This document shows positions 34,109-44,895 of a DNA stretch of 64,000 nt, one piece after another; position 1 is the first letter of the stretch; the number at the start of each line of letters is the position of its first letter. Position numbers and translations under genes: made by a program. Source of the stretch: Amoebophrya sp. A120. Taxonomy: Eukaryota > Protista > Dinoflagellata. The notes beneath the pieces were generated by a model. The model had not been told where the DNA came from. It did not search any database and worked only from the letters and a program-made list of their open reading frames with translations. The stretch is from NCBI GenBank assembly GCA_905178155.1, contig CAJINV010000002.1:434376-498375 (forward strand), in the 5' to 3' direction.

Positions 34109-36744
34109 TTATCCTGCCAGATTAAAAGCGCCAAGTTGACGCAGCGTGCCAGGGGACACTCCAGCCCCAGAAGAAAACCCTTGGCGGGGAGACAAAACAT
34201 CAGCACTACCCGGTCCCCCGCGTGGCGGCGCTTTTCCTTCGGGCGAGGCTGGTGGCGTCGACCTCTTCGCAGGCGGGGGTGTTCCTGCGCGCGCGGGTGA
34301 CCGGGGGCGCATTAGCGACGAAGCAGTAGATGCCGCAGCTGGCGTGGCTGGCTGTGGCATCAAGCCAACATCTACTTCTCTCGCGTCCGCGGCGGAAGGA
34401 GCAGGTACAAGGTCTTCAATTTTCAGGAGTAGCTCGCGATGGTTGTAATCGTAGAATGGTGTGTCATGCTTCCACCACAAACCCAGAATGCCTTCACTCG
34501 GGCCCCTGCCAAAGACAAACTTTTCCAAAGTCGATCGCTGGTTGTCCGGGGTGGCTTGTTGTACTAATTGATGACCACCCATGGCCGGCCCAGTGCTACC
34601 AGTACCGCTTTCCTCTTTATGCCATTCTCAAACACAGACGTTAGTTGATGCACATCCGTTTGTACTTATACCATGATTCTGTGAAGATGATGCGAACAGT
34701 CCTCAGCAAAGCAAAAGTTTGGACTTTATTTTTGCAATACAAATCCGGAATGGATTCATTTTATTTTATGCCGTTCTCTACCGCACCGCAGGCTTGTCAT
34801 GCGCACCAGGCTATATAACCGTTCCTTCTACATGACTAAAAGCGAAAAAATCCAACGAAAAATGATGTACTAACAGGTGTCCATGCAACTACTATGTGAG
34901 AGAATGCCATACAATTGTGGTTCGTCCTCTTCATCCTCTGTTCCGCCCTCCTCGCCGATAGGCGCTAAAGTTGCTTGCGGCCTTTTCCTTCTGATTCGGC
35001 GTTGAGGGAGACCTAAAGTCCTAGTGGTTCCGTCTGTTGCTCGTGGTCGTCTAACACTTTCGGAAGCAGGTTGTAAAATCCGGTCCAGTAGCCTCCGCTG
35101 CTTCTCCGTGTGGTCGGTCACCAACTGGCCGCGCGTGGTGAGCGGCAGGACAACTCCGTTATGTCGCAAAGACCACGACAACAAAACCTGCGACGCATCT
35201 TCCTGAAGCTGGAACAGTCGGTAGGGCTGGAGCCCCCCGAGGATGGACGACGTGCCGAGACGTTTCTCCAAGTCTCTTCGTATCAAATGTAAAAATGTCT
35301 GGGTCTGGAAACTTGTGATGCAGGTCGCTGAATAAGAAGGACACTGTAATGCGCCGCCAAGCATGACAAGTTTTTTCATGCTTCTGTGTTGCGTATTCCG
35401 CATGAGAAACTGCGCGTTTGCATGACAGGCTAGGGGAGCTCTTGGTTGCCACGCAATACAGATCCCAGAGTCATGCCAGACTAGCATGACAAATCTCGCA
35501 ATCTCTCAGACCCAGACATTTTTACAATCCATACTTCGCACCGCCTCCCGACTGTGACAGGCCGGCACCTGAAGCACGGGGGCGCTTCCGGACAGCTCAG
35601 TGTCGTCGTCCATTTCGTAGACCAGAAGCGCCGGCCGCAGGAACACCACGTTCAGGGTTTTGGTGGCGGTAGTAGATGATGGCGCATCTTCTACTTCCCC
35701 CGCGGAACGACCTTCCCGATGTGGGCTTCTAACACCGGTGTAATTATCGACCCCGCACTTAGCGACCACATCTTTGAGGAGTAGTTTGGCAGACGCGACC
35801 TTTGTCACTGGGAGAAGAGTGTAGTTGTAGCTTCCACCCGGCGTCGTGGTCCCAGCACCTCGTCCTGCTGAGGGAAGATCCTGAGAGGACGACGTCGTTG
35901 CCCCCACAGGACACGCGATTCCGAGACGCCGGTCCGGAAACAGTTTTGGAACGCGCGGATTCGCGGCGAAGAAGGGTCCGTAGTGCCTCCTGACCCGCGC
36001 CGCGTGCGAACCGCTTCGGACTTGACTCGTAGCAGCGTCCTTCTGGAACAGCCCTCGCCCCAGATACTCCAGGAACTGCCCCGCGGGGTTATTCAGCTCC
36101 TTATTTTTGTCTTCTGATAAAAATTCTGAAGTAGGAGGTGCCAGGTCTTCAAATGTCTTATTGATGCCCACGTACGGGCCGCGGGTTCTGCTAACCGGAA
36201 ATACGCCCTCCGCGTTCAGTGCTGGCAACTCGAAAGGGGCAACACGGTCCATCAGTCGATCGGGAAGGCGGACATTGGTTCTCTCATCAATTGCGGACCA
36301 AAGCGGCTGGTCCTGCCGCAGATCTTCCTCGAGAAAAAAGCGCAACTGCAGCTGCAGCGTCGTAGGGGGCGTAGCTGTAGTACTCGGGCGCAGTTCAGCT
36401 TCAGCGGCCGCTGGATAAAGTGCACTTGCAGCATGTTGAAAACTTCTCTGCTGCATTTCGTCTGGACTGATACTGGCAGTCATCTCTCTGTGCGGAAGCT
36501 CGGTAGGCTGAGTCCACACAGACCCATGGTTCGTCTGTCCATCAAATGCTGAGGACGCAGCAGCGTCGCGTCTGCTGCGCCTCTCAGGACTTGAAGAACG
36601 AGATCTGCCGCTCGAGCGGGAACGGGAGCTTCGCCGCGTTGCTTCGCTAGATCCAAGGGCCCCTTCAACGTCCACCACGACATTTGTCAGCCACACGAGT
36701 GCTGCTACGGCACGAAAAAATGACCCACACTTGGACGATGCCAT
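34109..36744 (-). CDS. Putative secreted protein, paralogue of 41123-43165
   Basis: Signal-like MASSKCGSFFRAVAALVWLTNVVVDVEG; joins EAVR-RDLEK (35281-35533 removed) and DEPQ-EESGTG (34618-34911 removed). Confidence 0.75.
34618..34911. mobile_element. Introner, singleton TIR (TATGCCATTCTC...GAGAATGCCATA), aged
   Basis: TIR present, degenerate TSD CTCTT/CAATT; removal restores frame. Confidence 0.75.
35281..35533. mobile_element. Introner family A
   Basis: TSD CTTCG. Confidence 0.93.
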
Positions 36745-38374
36745 GGTTTTGATGATGCGGCCACAAATAGAAATTATACGAGGAATCACCTATTTAGGTA
36801 GAGTTAGGTCCGACGAATTTTTGATCGTGCGACCACAGATGTCTTTGGTCAATGCTTTTCTTTTTTGGTAAATAGAACGAGGAGTAGGTGCTATAGCTAT
36901 TTCATTGAGATTTCCATATCCTTCCGTGGGTCGTACAGGGATCCGATGCACCCGAGTAAACGTCTCAACTTTATAGGGTATCGGGACGATGGAAGCAACT
37001 TCTACAGAAGGAAAAAATGCCCAAAACGGTAAGAACAAATGCGCAAAACGGGGGAGAGATCAATACTCAAAACGGAATAACTGCTACAGCAGGATATAAA
37101 TATGGGAAAAAAGTTCCAAACGTTACAGAGAAAACACACATTGGGGCACGTTTACGGACGGGTTGTAGATAGAAGATGGATCGATCCTACTTTTCCTTTG
37201 GAGGTTTGTTGTTGTTTCCCTTCCTTGCCTTGAGAGGTGTAAAAGAAGTAAGTAAAAAGACCGAACTTGAATCTTTATCTCTACCTTATGCTACGAATGA
37301 TCTTCAAGAAGCTCAAGCAGCGCCGTTGTTCTACGACTTGTACTTTACAATAGTACTGCTCCTGTTACATTTTGAAAATGTGCAACAGTTGTTTTATCTT
37401 GGACACAGGATCCACCCCGTACCGATTTCAGATCCGCACGATTTTTTTGTGTCTACATCACAAATTCATTTCAACGAGGAATCCATCATGGCAGAAGAGA
37501 ATGAAAGAATTCAAATTTCAATTTATACTATTTGGTGCGCAGCCTTATCCTACTACCGATGCGCCGACCCTGTTTCAAGCTCACTGCGCTGATCTTTATT
37601 CACCATTTCTTCATCTTTTTACCGAATCCGAGCCAGGCTCTATAATTTGATCTTCGATTTTCAATATGGTCGATTCTTTTTCAAGATCATATGGACTTTG
37701 TTGCCAGAAGATCTTAGAGTCTTTGGACGAGGACCCTTAACAAATCGGCTTTTGGGATCCTAAAATTTTTTCACACGAGAGAAGAAGAAAGGAAATCAGA
37801 ATCACGTTACTTCACGAAATTGGATACAAGCACAGAGGTTCATCGCGTCTTGATGACGTAGCCACCCTAATTTTCCTTTGTTCTTCGCCTCTTTATCACC
37901 TTTGCATAGGTGCTACGGTTGTGTGCAGCCTGACGCAAGGCCGGCACAACTGTTCGCTCGGATTGATGCGTAGCTACAGTCTCCGTGCTGGTGGCAGGTG
38001 ATCTTCTTGCGCCTTGTCGGACCTCTCGGGAGGCTAGTACTACTTTCCAAGATCTTGATAGTGTTTTCGATGCAGAGACAAAATTGAACAAGTGGCCGCA
38101 ATAGCAGCTGCCTCTCGTCGTTGTACTGCATTCATTGCACAGCAAGCAGCCACAACACCTCCTTCCCTGCCGGACCACAAGGCAGCTCGCTCGTGCCAAC
38201 CGTCATTGTGTGTCGAGGACACGACGCGAGGACTACACGAGCCTGGTGTAAATGTGGCGCCAACAAGAAGGACTTTTTGCTCCTTTTACTCATGCTTCGG
38301 CTTCCTCGTGTTCTTTCACTACTCGGTTAATAATCTCGCTACTTTTCCAATGCGATAGAACATCCGCATTGTCG

Positions 38375-38702
38375 TATCCTGTGCAAAAGTACTATCGCAC
38401 TCGTATCACTGCAAGCCCTGCATTACAAATCTTGTCCCCAAAGCAAATAATTAGCGTGACAGGTTCAAGCTCCATATCTCATGCTGCTGGGCACATTGAA
38501 ACCATTATGATTATTATTTGTCATGCACTTTGTACTAGTGTGTTACTTTTGCAAAGTAGCATGACAGGCTCCATTTCTCACATTGACCAAAAAAGTCTGT
38601 CATGCGCTTTATCCTAGTAGATTGGAGTGACTGGCTTCAGTTCTTATGCTGAGCAAATTTGTCGCGCGCTTTATACTAGTGCGTATACATTTGCGGCTCA
38701 TA
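38375..38702. mobile_element. Introner family B-like, elongated (328 bp)
   Basis: TSD TGTCG; host gene not identified. Confidence 0.82.
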
Positions 38703-39133
38703 TGTCGACATGTTAAGCAACTCCACAGCGTTCGTCTTGTGTGTTCCACTAGCGTGAGCGACAATTGCCCTGCAGCTTTCCACGAACTCACTGTGCTGCT
38801 TGCCCTTTCCGTCCAGGTACTCAGTCTCCACTTCGGTCATTGGAAGGGAGGGAAGGCGCTCAGATATGCGCTGCAAACGCAAGGAAAACCGCCGGACCCC
38901 CAAAAGCGCCTCAGCCGGAGTGGCTGCGCGCTTGCACTTCTAATGCGCCCGCCTTTGTTGATCATTGCGAGCGAGAGCAAGACAAAGCTCTTCTGATTGT
39001 CATTCTCTACGAAGCTGAGAGCAGGAACCGAAGAGGGACAAAGGGCAGGAGTGGCTTTTCTCACCCGAGCACCCGTATGCCATGACCATTCCGGACATCG
39101 TGCAGTCGGGAATCCTGCTCACCATGGAAGACC

Positions 39134-39184
39134 GAACGGCACAATACCACGAACGGCACAATACCACGAACGGCACAATACCAC
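39134..39184 (+). repeat. Tandem repeat 3 x 17 bp (GAACGGCACAATACCAC)
   Basis: Three perfect copies abutting the captured gene fragment. Confidence 0.92.
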
Positions 39185-39665
39185 ATGGGACGACGAAATT
39201 CTAATCCGCATTCCGGAAAAACGATTTCTGAAGCAGGAGCCGAATGATCTCCAGGACCACCAAGGACCGTCGCAAAACAGAAACGGATCCCCCTTCGACC
39301 TGGTCCAATACCTCCAAACCGAAATTCTCCCTGACTCCACGAAAATGCAAAAGCTGCAATATCGCAAGAAGAAAGTGTAGTACTTGGAGTTACAGTTACG
39401 CATTGCATTGCAGGCCAAGGAAGACAGATAAGCCCTTTCATACAAGATCTGCCTAGGTTGAAGAAGCCTGGTTTCATACATGTTTTCCCGACGTAACAGG
39501 ATATCTGCATTGCAAGTTTTCTCGCTACTCATGTACTAGAGGAATTTGCGTTGCTGAATTCGAATTGACGAACGAAAAATCAATGCGTAAATGTGAACCC
39601 TTATTTTTCCATTTGATCTCCACGCCGGTCTCCAGAGCGTGAAAAAGGCGCTCTGCTACCAGCCG
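39185..39665 (+). pseudogene. Inverted copy of an exon-intron-exon fragment of the exostosin gene
   Basis: WDDEILIRIPEKRFL...SPFDLVQYLQTEILPDSTKM, the intron and the next exon start match ~62408-62877 in reverse. Confidence 0.88.
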
Positions 39666-41122
39666 TGAAAAAGGCTAAGTACTTTTTGCTTCTTTTACTC
39701 ATGCTTCCTCGTGTTCTTTCACTACTCAGTCAATAATTCGGTTTTTGCGTGCTTGGTGGTGCTACACTTTTTCATCTCATCTGCCACAAAACAGATTGGG
39801 TTAGATACAAAACTCTCTTACTTTGTCCAAAACTGTTGGGGTAATCCAGAACTGATGAAGAAGCCAACCCTATCCCTAGCACCTCATCAGCTTAATTATA
39901 CGCGGGTCATCTACAACTTGGAGATATGTTCGTAGTTCGTGTTCTCGTTCAGTAATACCCGGCGGTAAAAAAGCTCTTCTCGGATCCAGCACGCCCTTTG
40001 GGTCTAAGCACGCAAGGCTCGAAAGGTAGTTGCAACACAGGTCGTGTGGATCGTAATTGTAAACTAGTACATGACCAGTCGTGCAAGGGATTATACAAAT
40101 GGGCGACTTCGTTTTGGTTTTTACGGGAAAATAAACTGGGGTTTCGAGGAGCAGAGACAATTATAACTAGACATAGCATACCACTTCTGTTACTTCTCGG
40201 TGTCATTATGGTTCTTGTTCTTGATGCGTTAGGACGAAAAACTATTTCCCGCGTTCACGACGACTTTCGTGAATGCGAGATTTCTTCGTTCTGAAAATGT
40301 AAATTCCGTGCGGATAGATATAGCCTTATGGCGGTACTACACGTACAATACTGTTACAACTGATGCAAAGATGCTCGTGTAGTTATGGTCCTACTTCTAG
40401 GGCAGTTGGTACTTAAAGGACAAACAACACTCGCGTCATTTACTTGCGCAACATGTGATAGTACGATAAGTAACTGTTGTACCTACACCATCTGCTTGTG
40501 TTTTCATTTCCACACACTCACTGCAGCGCCGGGCCGTTTTCATGGCTACATCTTGGTAGTTATCCCTACCAAGCTTGTAGGCGAAATCATCTCAACATAC
40601 GGCTCTACAATGGTCTGTTTGTCGTTGTACTAGAGTACCAACTAAACTTAGGCTGAGCTCACATCTCTTTGGAAGATTGATTTAATTACTTATGATTTCA
40701 TACTGCTTCGTGCTTAAATAAATTCTACCAGGATGCAGCGAAGATGCACAAGACGTGATTTTCACAGAGAAGTTCTAATTCTTCTTTTTGAAAATCATCC
40801 GGAAAAAACATCCGGGAAAATCGTGACTACACCCGCTGCGAATGCGCTTTTCTCTTCCTGGTTGCCTTCGCGAGCACTCACGAGGCTTTTTTTACTCCGT
40901 TTAGTAATTGCTGCGTTTTGCTTTTCATTTTGTACTACTCCGGGAAAAATATAAAATCTATATAATCGTACGTCAGTTCTTCTTGCTCGCCCAGTCTTCA
41001 TTTGTTCACGCCCGATGGGCGCGACGGCCTATATAAGTCTGAGACGCGGCGGCCTTTACTCCTCCTAAGCGCTGTTTTGTCGTCGTTGCGATGGTCCCCG
41101 AGAGACCAACGCTTCTCCTCTT

Positions 41123-43165
41123 CTACCCTGCGAGGTCATCATCTTGTTCGCCTCTGGTCTTGGCCGGGACCGGCGACGGCGGCGGGGTTTTATCCGCGTA
41201 GGGCGGATCCGGCGTCTCCTGGCGTCGATGACCGCCATTTACTCCAGAGGATGCAGATGCTGACCCCCCGGCGGCCCTCCTGGTTGGAGATCGAGAAGCG
41301 CGTGGCGGGGATTGAAACCTCGTCATCTGACGAGGGTTTTTCTTTTTCTGGTCCTGCTGCTGAAGTGCAGAAGCAGCTTCTGCACGACTGGGGGAAGCGA
41401 CAGAGTCTCGCGAAGGACTTCTTGTCTTCGCCCGGTCAGCTGCACCCTCCACAGAACCCGGTCTGCTCTTGACGCCGCTTGTTTTCCTCCGGTCATCTCC
41501 TTCCGCGACTTGCTGATGGGGGAAATGATGGTGCGCAGGACGAGACCACTGTTCTGACGTTGACTCACGAGGCGCTTGTTTGGCGGAGCGCAACGCTTCC
41601 ATTCTCCTTTTGGCTTGCGCGCTCACGCCGACGCTGATATCAATGTCTTCGTGCTCGTGGAGGCGGCTGGGCCGCTCATGACTCGGCCGTCCACCCGACC
41701 CAACGTCGACGGAGGGATCGAGATCAACACCTTCTAAATCGCTCTCTGTGATATCCCCGTCGTCAGGACTGGGACCCGCTTCCGGCGCCCAGACCTCGGC
41801 GGGACGCGACAGAAGCTTTTTCCGAACTGCGCGCACCAACTCCTTCCGCTCCTCAGCCTCGATCAGCGCAGCCTGGTATTCCGCCTGGGTCAGGTGGGCA
41901 TTGGCCTGCTGTGAGCTGCCATCAGCGCCGGGACGCTGTCCGCCTCTGCTATCGTCGTTGATGTCTGCAGCCACATCATGATCTCCGGTGGCACGATAAG
42001 CAGGATGTTCATCGCTGGCACTTCTACTTCTCCCCCTGGAGGTGCAGCTTCCACCCAACGCGCCAGCACCTCCCGCCGTCCCCGATCCCGCTCCGCCGGC
42101 TAATTTCAGTACCTTCCAAGCACAACTGCGACCTGTAGTACAGTCATGCACCCCCGCACCACGTGCCTCGGACCCAAACTTCCAGTACCAGTCCAAGTCT
42201 GAAACGATTAAACCCCCCGAAGCTGCTGGTTGGCCGTATACCTCGGGTTTTTTTCTACGAAGTTTCTTCACAAAAACGTTCCCCACGTGAGACAATGCGA
42301 CGTCCTCTTGGACAAGTTCCGAGAGGGGATAAACCTTCACAGGCTTGACGTCCTCGTAGCCGCTCTGAAAAATCTTCAGATTGGGCTCCACGAACACGAG
42401 GGACAGATTGATGACTTCACGATCCTCGTGGTCTACTCCGTGTTCGTCTCCCCCCGCCGCGGCAGAAGTTCTTCCTAACGAAGTTCCGCAATCGTACACG
42501 ACTTGCTGGAACGAACCAGCCCGGGCGACATCCTGGCTGGGCAGCAGTCGGAGCAACTGCGGTCGACTTCCTGTTTTCCTTTCCGCATGTTTTTCATCCA
42601 CCGGGCAAGCGACCGCGATCCGCAAGAACCTTTCCTTCGCGGCAAATGTGTCCCCTCCCACCTGGGCCGCGCGTTTGTAATGCTCTTTCGCATTCTGAAC
42701 CACTTCCTTCACCTCGTCTAGGCCGAGAAACTCCGCAAAACTCGCCTCCTCGGGGGTTCCCAGATACCAGTCGCTGCGGTCAAAAATGGAGCCAATGGGA
42801 CGCGGGGAGGTCGCGTGGTAGGGGGGCACGAACGTTGTTTCCACTAACGCGAAGTTTTGCCTGTCCTTGCCCTTGTAGGACTTGCTTGTTCCCTTCCACT
42901 CCAGGTGCTCGTCTCCCCGATACAAGCTCAACATCAGCATCGGGCTGCTGGAGCTGCTGTCGTCGTCCGGTTCTTCTTGCGTCGGCGCTTCATCCTCCAC
43001 CGGCGAGCGGCGGACCCGCACCGCAAAGCAAAAATTCGGAGCCGTCTCATAGCCTAGCAACATCATAGCCGTTCCAAGAGATGACAAGCACCTCCGGAGT
43101 TGAACAGAAGATGAAAGAGCGGCATCCATCTTGCCGACACGATGATGTGCGCACTTGCTCACCAT
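41123..43165 (-). CDS. Putative secreted protein, single exon, paralogue of 34109-36744
   Basis: Long ORF (track 41123..43288); hydrophobic N-terminal segment; shares IA(V)ACPV...LLP...VV..C...L..VF..P.L and W.K motifs; start codon uncertain. Confidence 0.75.
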   Translation of the reverse strand: MVSKCAHHRVGKMDAALSSSVQLRRCLSSLGTAMMLLGYETAPNFCFAVRVRRSPVEDEAPTQEEPDDDSSSSSPMLMLSLYRGDEHLEWKGTSKSYKGKDRQNFALVETTFVPPYHATSPRPIGSIFDRSDWYLGTPEEASFAEFLGLDEVKEVVQNAKEHYKRAAQVGGDTFAAKERFLRIAVACPVDEKHAERKTGSRPQLLRLLPSQDVARAGSFQQVVYDCGTSLGRTSAAAGGDEHGVDHEDREVINLSLVFVEPNLKIFQSGYEDVKPVKVYPLSELVQEDVALSHVGNVFVKKLRRKKPEVYGQPAASGGLIVSDLDWYWKFGSEARGAGVHDCTTGRSCAWKVLKLAGGAGSGTAGGAGALGGSCTSRGRSRSASDEHPAYRATGDHDVAADINDDSRGGQRPGADGSSQQANAHLTQAEYQAALIEAEERKELVRAVRKKLLSRPAEVWAPEAGPSPDDGDITESDLEGVDLDPSVDVGSGGRPSHERPSRLHEHEDIDISVGVSAQAKRRMEALRSAKQAPRESTSEQWSRPAHHHFPHQQVAEGDDRRKTSGVKSRPGSVEGAADRAKTRSPSRDSVASPSRAEAASALQQQDQKKKNPRQMTRFQSPPRASRSPTRRAAGGSASASSGVNGGHRRQETPDPPYADKTPPPSPVPAKTRGEQDDDLAG

Positions 43166-44895
43166 TTTTCTTTTTGTGCCGTGACAGAACCAAAAAAAAT
43201 AAAAGTGTAGATTTGGAAAAAATTGCTGTGATGCTTGATGGTTGTAGTTTGAATTGATAGATACTTGCCAGTCCTCTACAAAAATCAAACGAAATTGCAG
43301 CTGGTAGTTTTATTCGGTACTAGCTCACTCCTGCTAGCTTCTCCTCTTTGTTCTTTAAATATGAGTGGGACGGGTGTAAGATTACTCTTGGTTTTTTTTC
43401 GCAATTGGGGTAAGTACAAGTAGTTGTTTTTGAACAAGATCTTCAAGATATTCTACAGTGAATGTGGTAAGATTCAATGCGTTCATCCATAGTAGACGAC
43501 AATTCTTCAAAATTCCTCAAAGAGCGGCTCAAATTAGTAGTATCACAACGTACAATTTGTTATTGTTGATCGCCGATTAACCATAACCATAAGTGATGCG
43601 CTCCTGTTTTCCAGGTTTGGAAGAAGGGTGGTAGGAATTGCATTTTGACACACAGGGCGGCAGCAACTACTTACTTCCGGTGCTGTATTCTGGATCCGCC
43701 CTGCACGACGATCTGAGGCTCCCATTTGCATTTTTGACATTGACTCTTGGCACAAGAACAGTAATTTTAACCGACCACTTCGAGCTTTTGCGATTGTCCC
43801 ACGCATTTTTCAGGATCGCGTAACACAAAATTTGAATTTCCTATTTCAGAATTTCGCACTTTATTGGGGTACGAACGATCCAACGATCCAGCACCTGGAC
43901 GTGATCTGTTTCATTCATGTGTACAACTCGACGATTTCTATATGTCAAACTCGACTACAAAATTTGTGTGATCACGCTGTTGAAAGAACTTGATAGCGAC
44001 TGAACGTTTATTGCGCTGCTCCGTCGCGGCCAAGGAGGATCTTCTTGTAGTCTATTACTATTTCGCTCAAGGATTTAATATTTTCGATTGATCGTTGTAA
44101 CGGTTTGTTACTGTTTCTACTAAGACCAAAGCGCTTCGGTTTCTTCAAAAATCCGTCTAACTTTCTACCTGCGAGGACATAAAAGCGCGCTACCGATTCG
44201 GGTAAGGCTAAAAATGGATCAACAGCTGCTCATCTTCGCTGGATTTGGTTTTTTGCGTCTTCCTCCAGCTACGCGTGTAATCGGGCATGGTTGAGGCTCA
44301 GACAACTTTGTTTGATCCAGGATTCATCCAGCCTTGTTGGCCCCGTTGATTCTCGACGACCTGTGATTACTACGAGCGCACGAAGGTCTTCAGATTTTCG
44401 TGTCACGACGTGGTAAGGTGATACGTATTTGCGCATCGTTACTGCTATCGATTTTTGCCGTTGCGCAACTTCATATGTATGATGCTGTGATCAGCGCCCG
44501 TGCCCCTCGGCCGCCGAGAGGCACTGATTCCTCGGCGTGATTTTTCTAGGCCGAGACTACTAGGCCTAAAATTTTTGTATAGGATGACAGTTATGCTATT
44601 TAATCAAGAAAGTCAAAGTATTCAACATCAACAGTTACTCGCGAAACGCAAAAATAGAAGGCAGGTCGTGCTGCCCAGGTCAAAAAATACAAATTTATTT
44701 TACGAGCGTGCTGGTTTTTTTGGCAAAATCTCTTTCATGCGCGTAGCTGAGACAGCTAATGAATAATTCACCCTCAACGGTTCTGCGTCGGCGATCAATC
44801 CAAGTACTCATTTTTGCATTCTACTTCATCTACGACCAAGAAAATACTTCTATACTGTACGACAAATGTTACAACAGCCGAAGACGTCGCGCTTC

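Noticed and set aside
37176-38903. Possible gene hosting the 38375-38702 introner
   Set aside because: Joined frame ends soon after the element and has no recognisable features; left uncalled.
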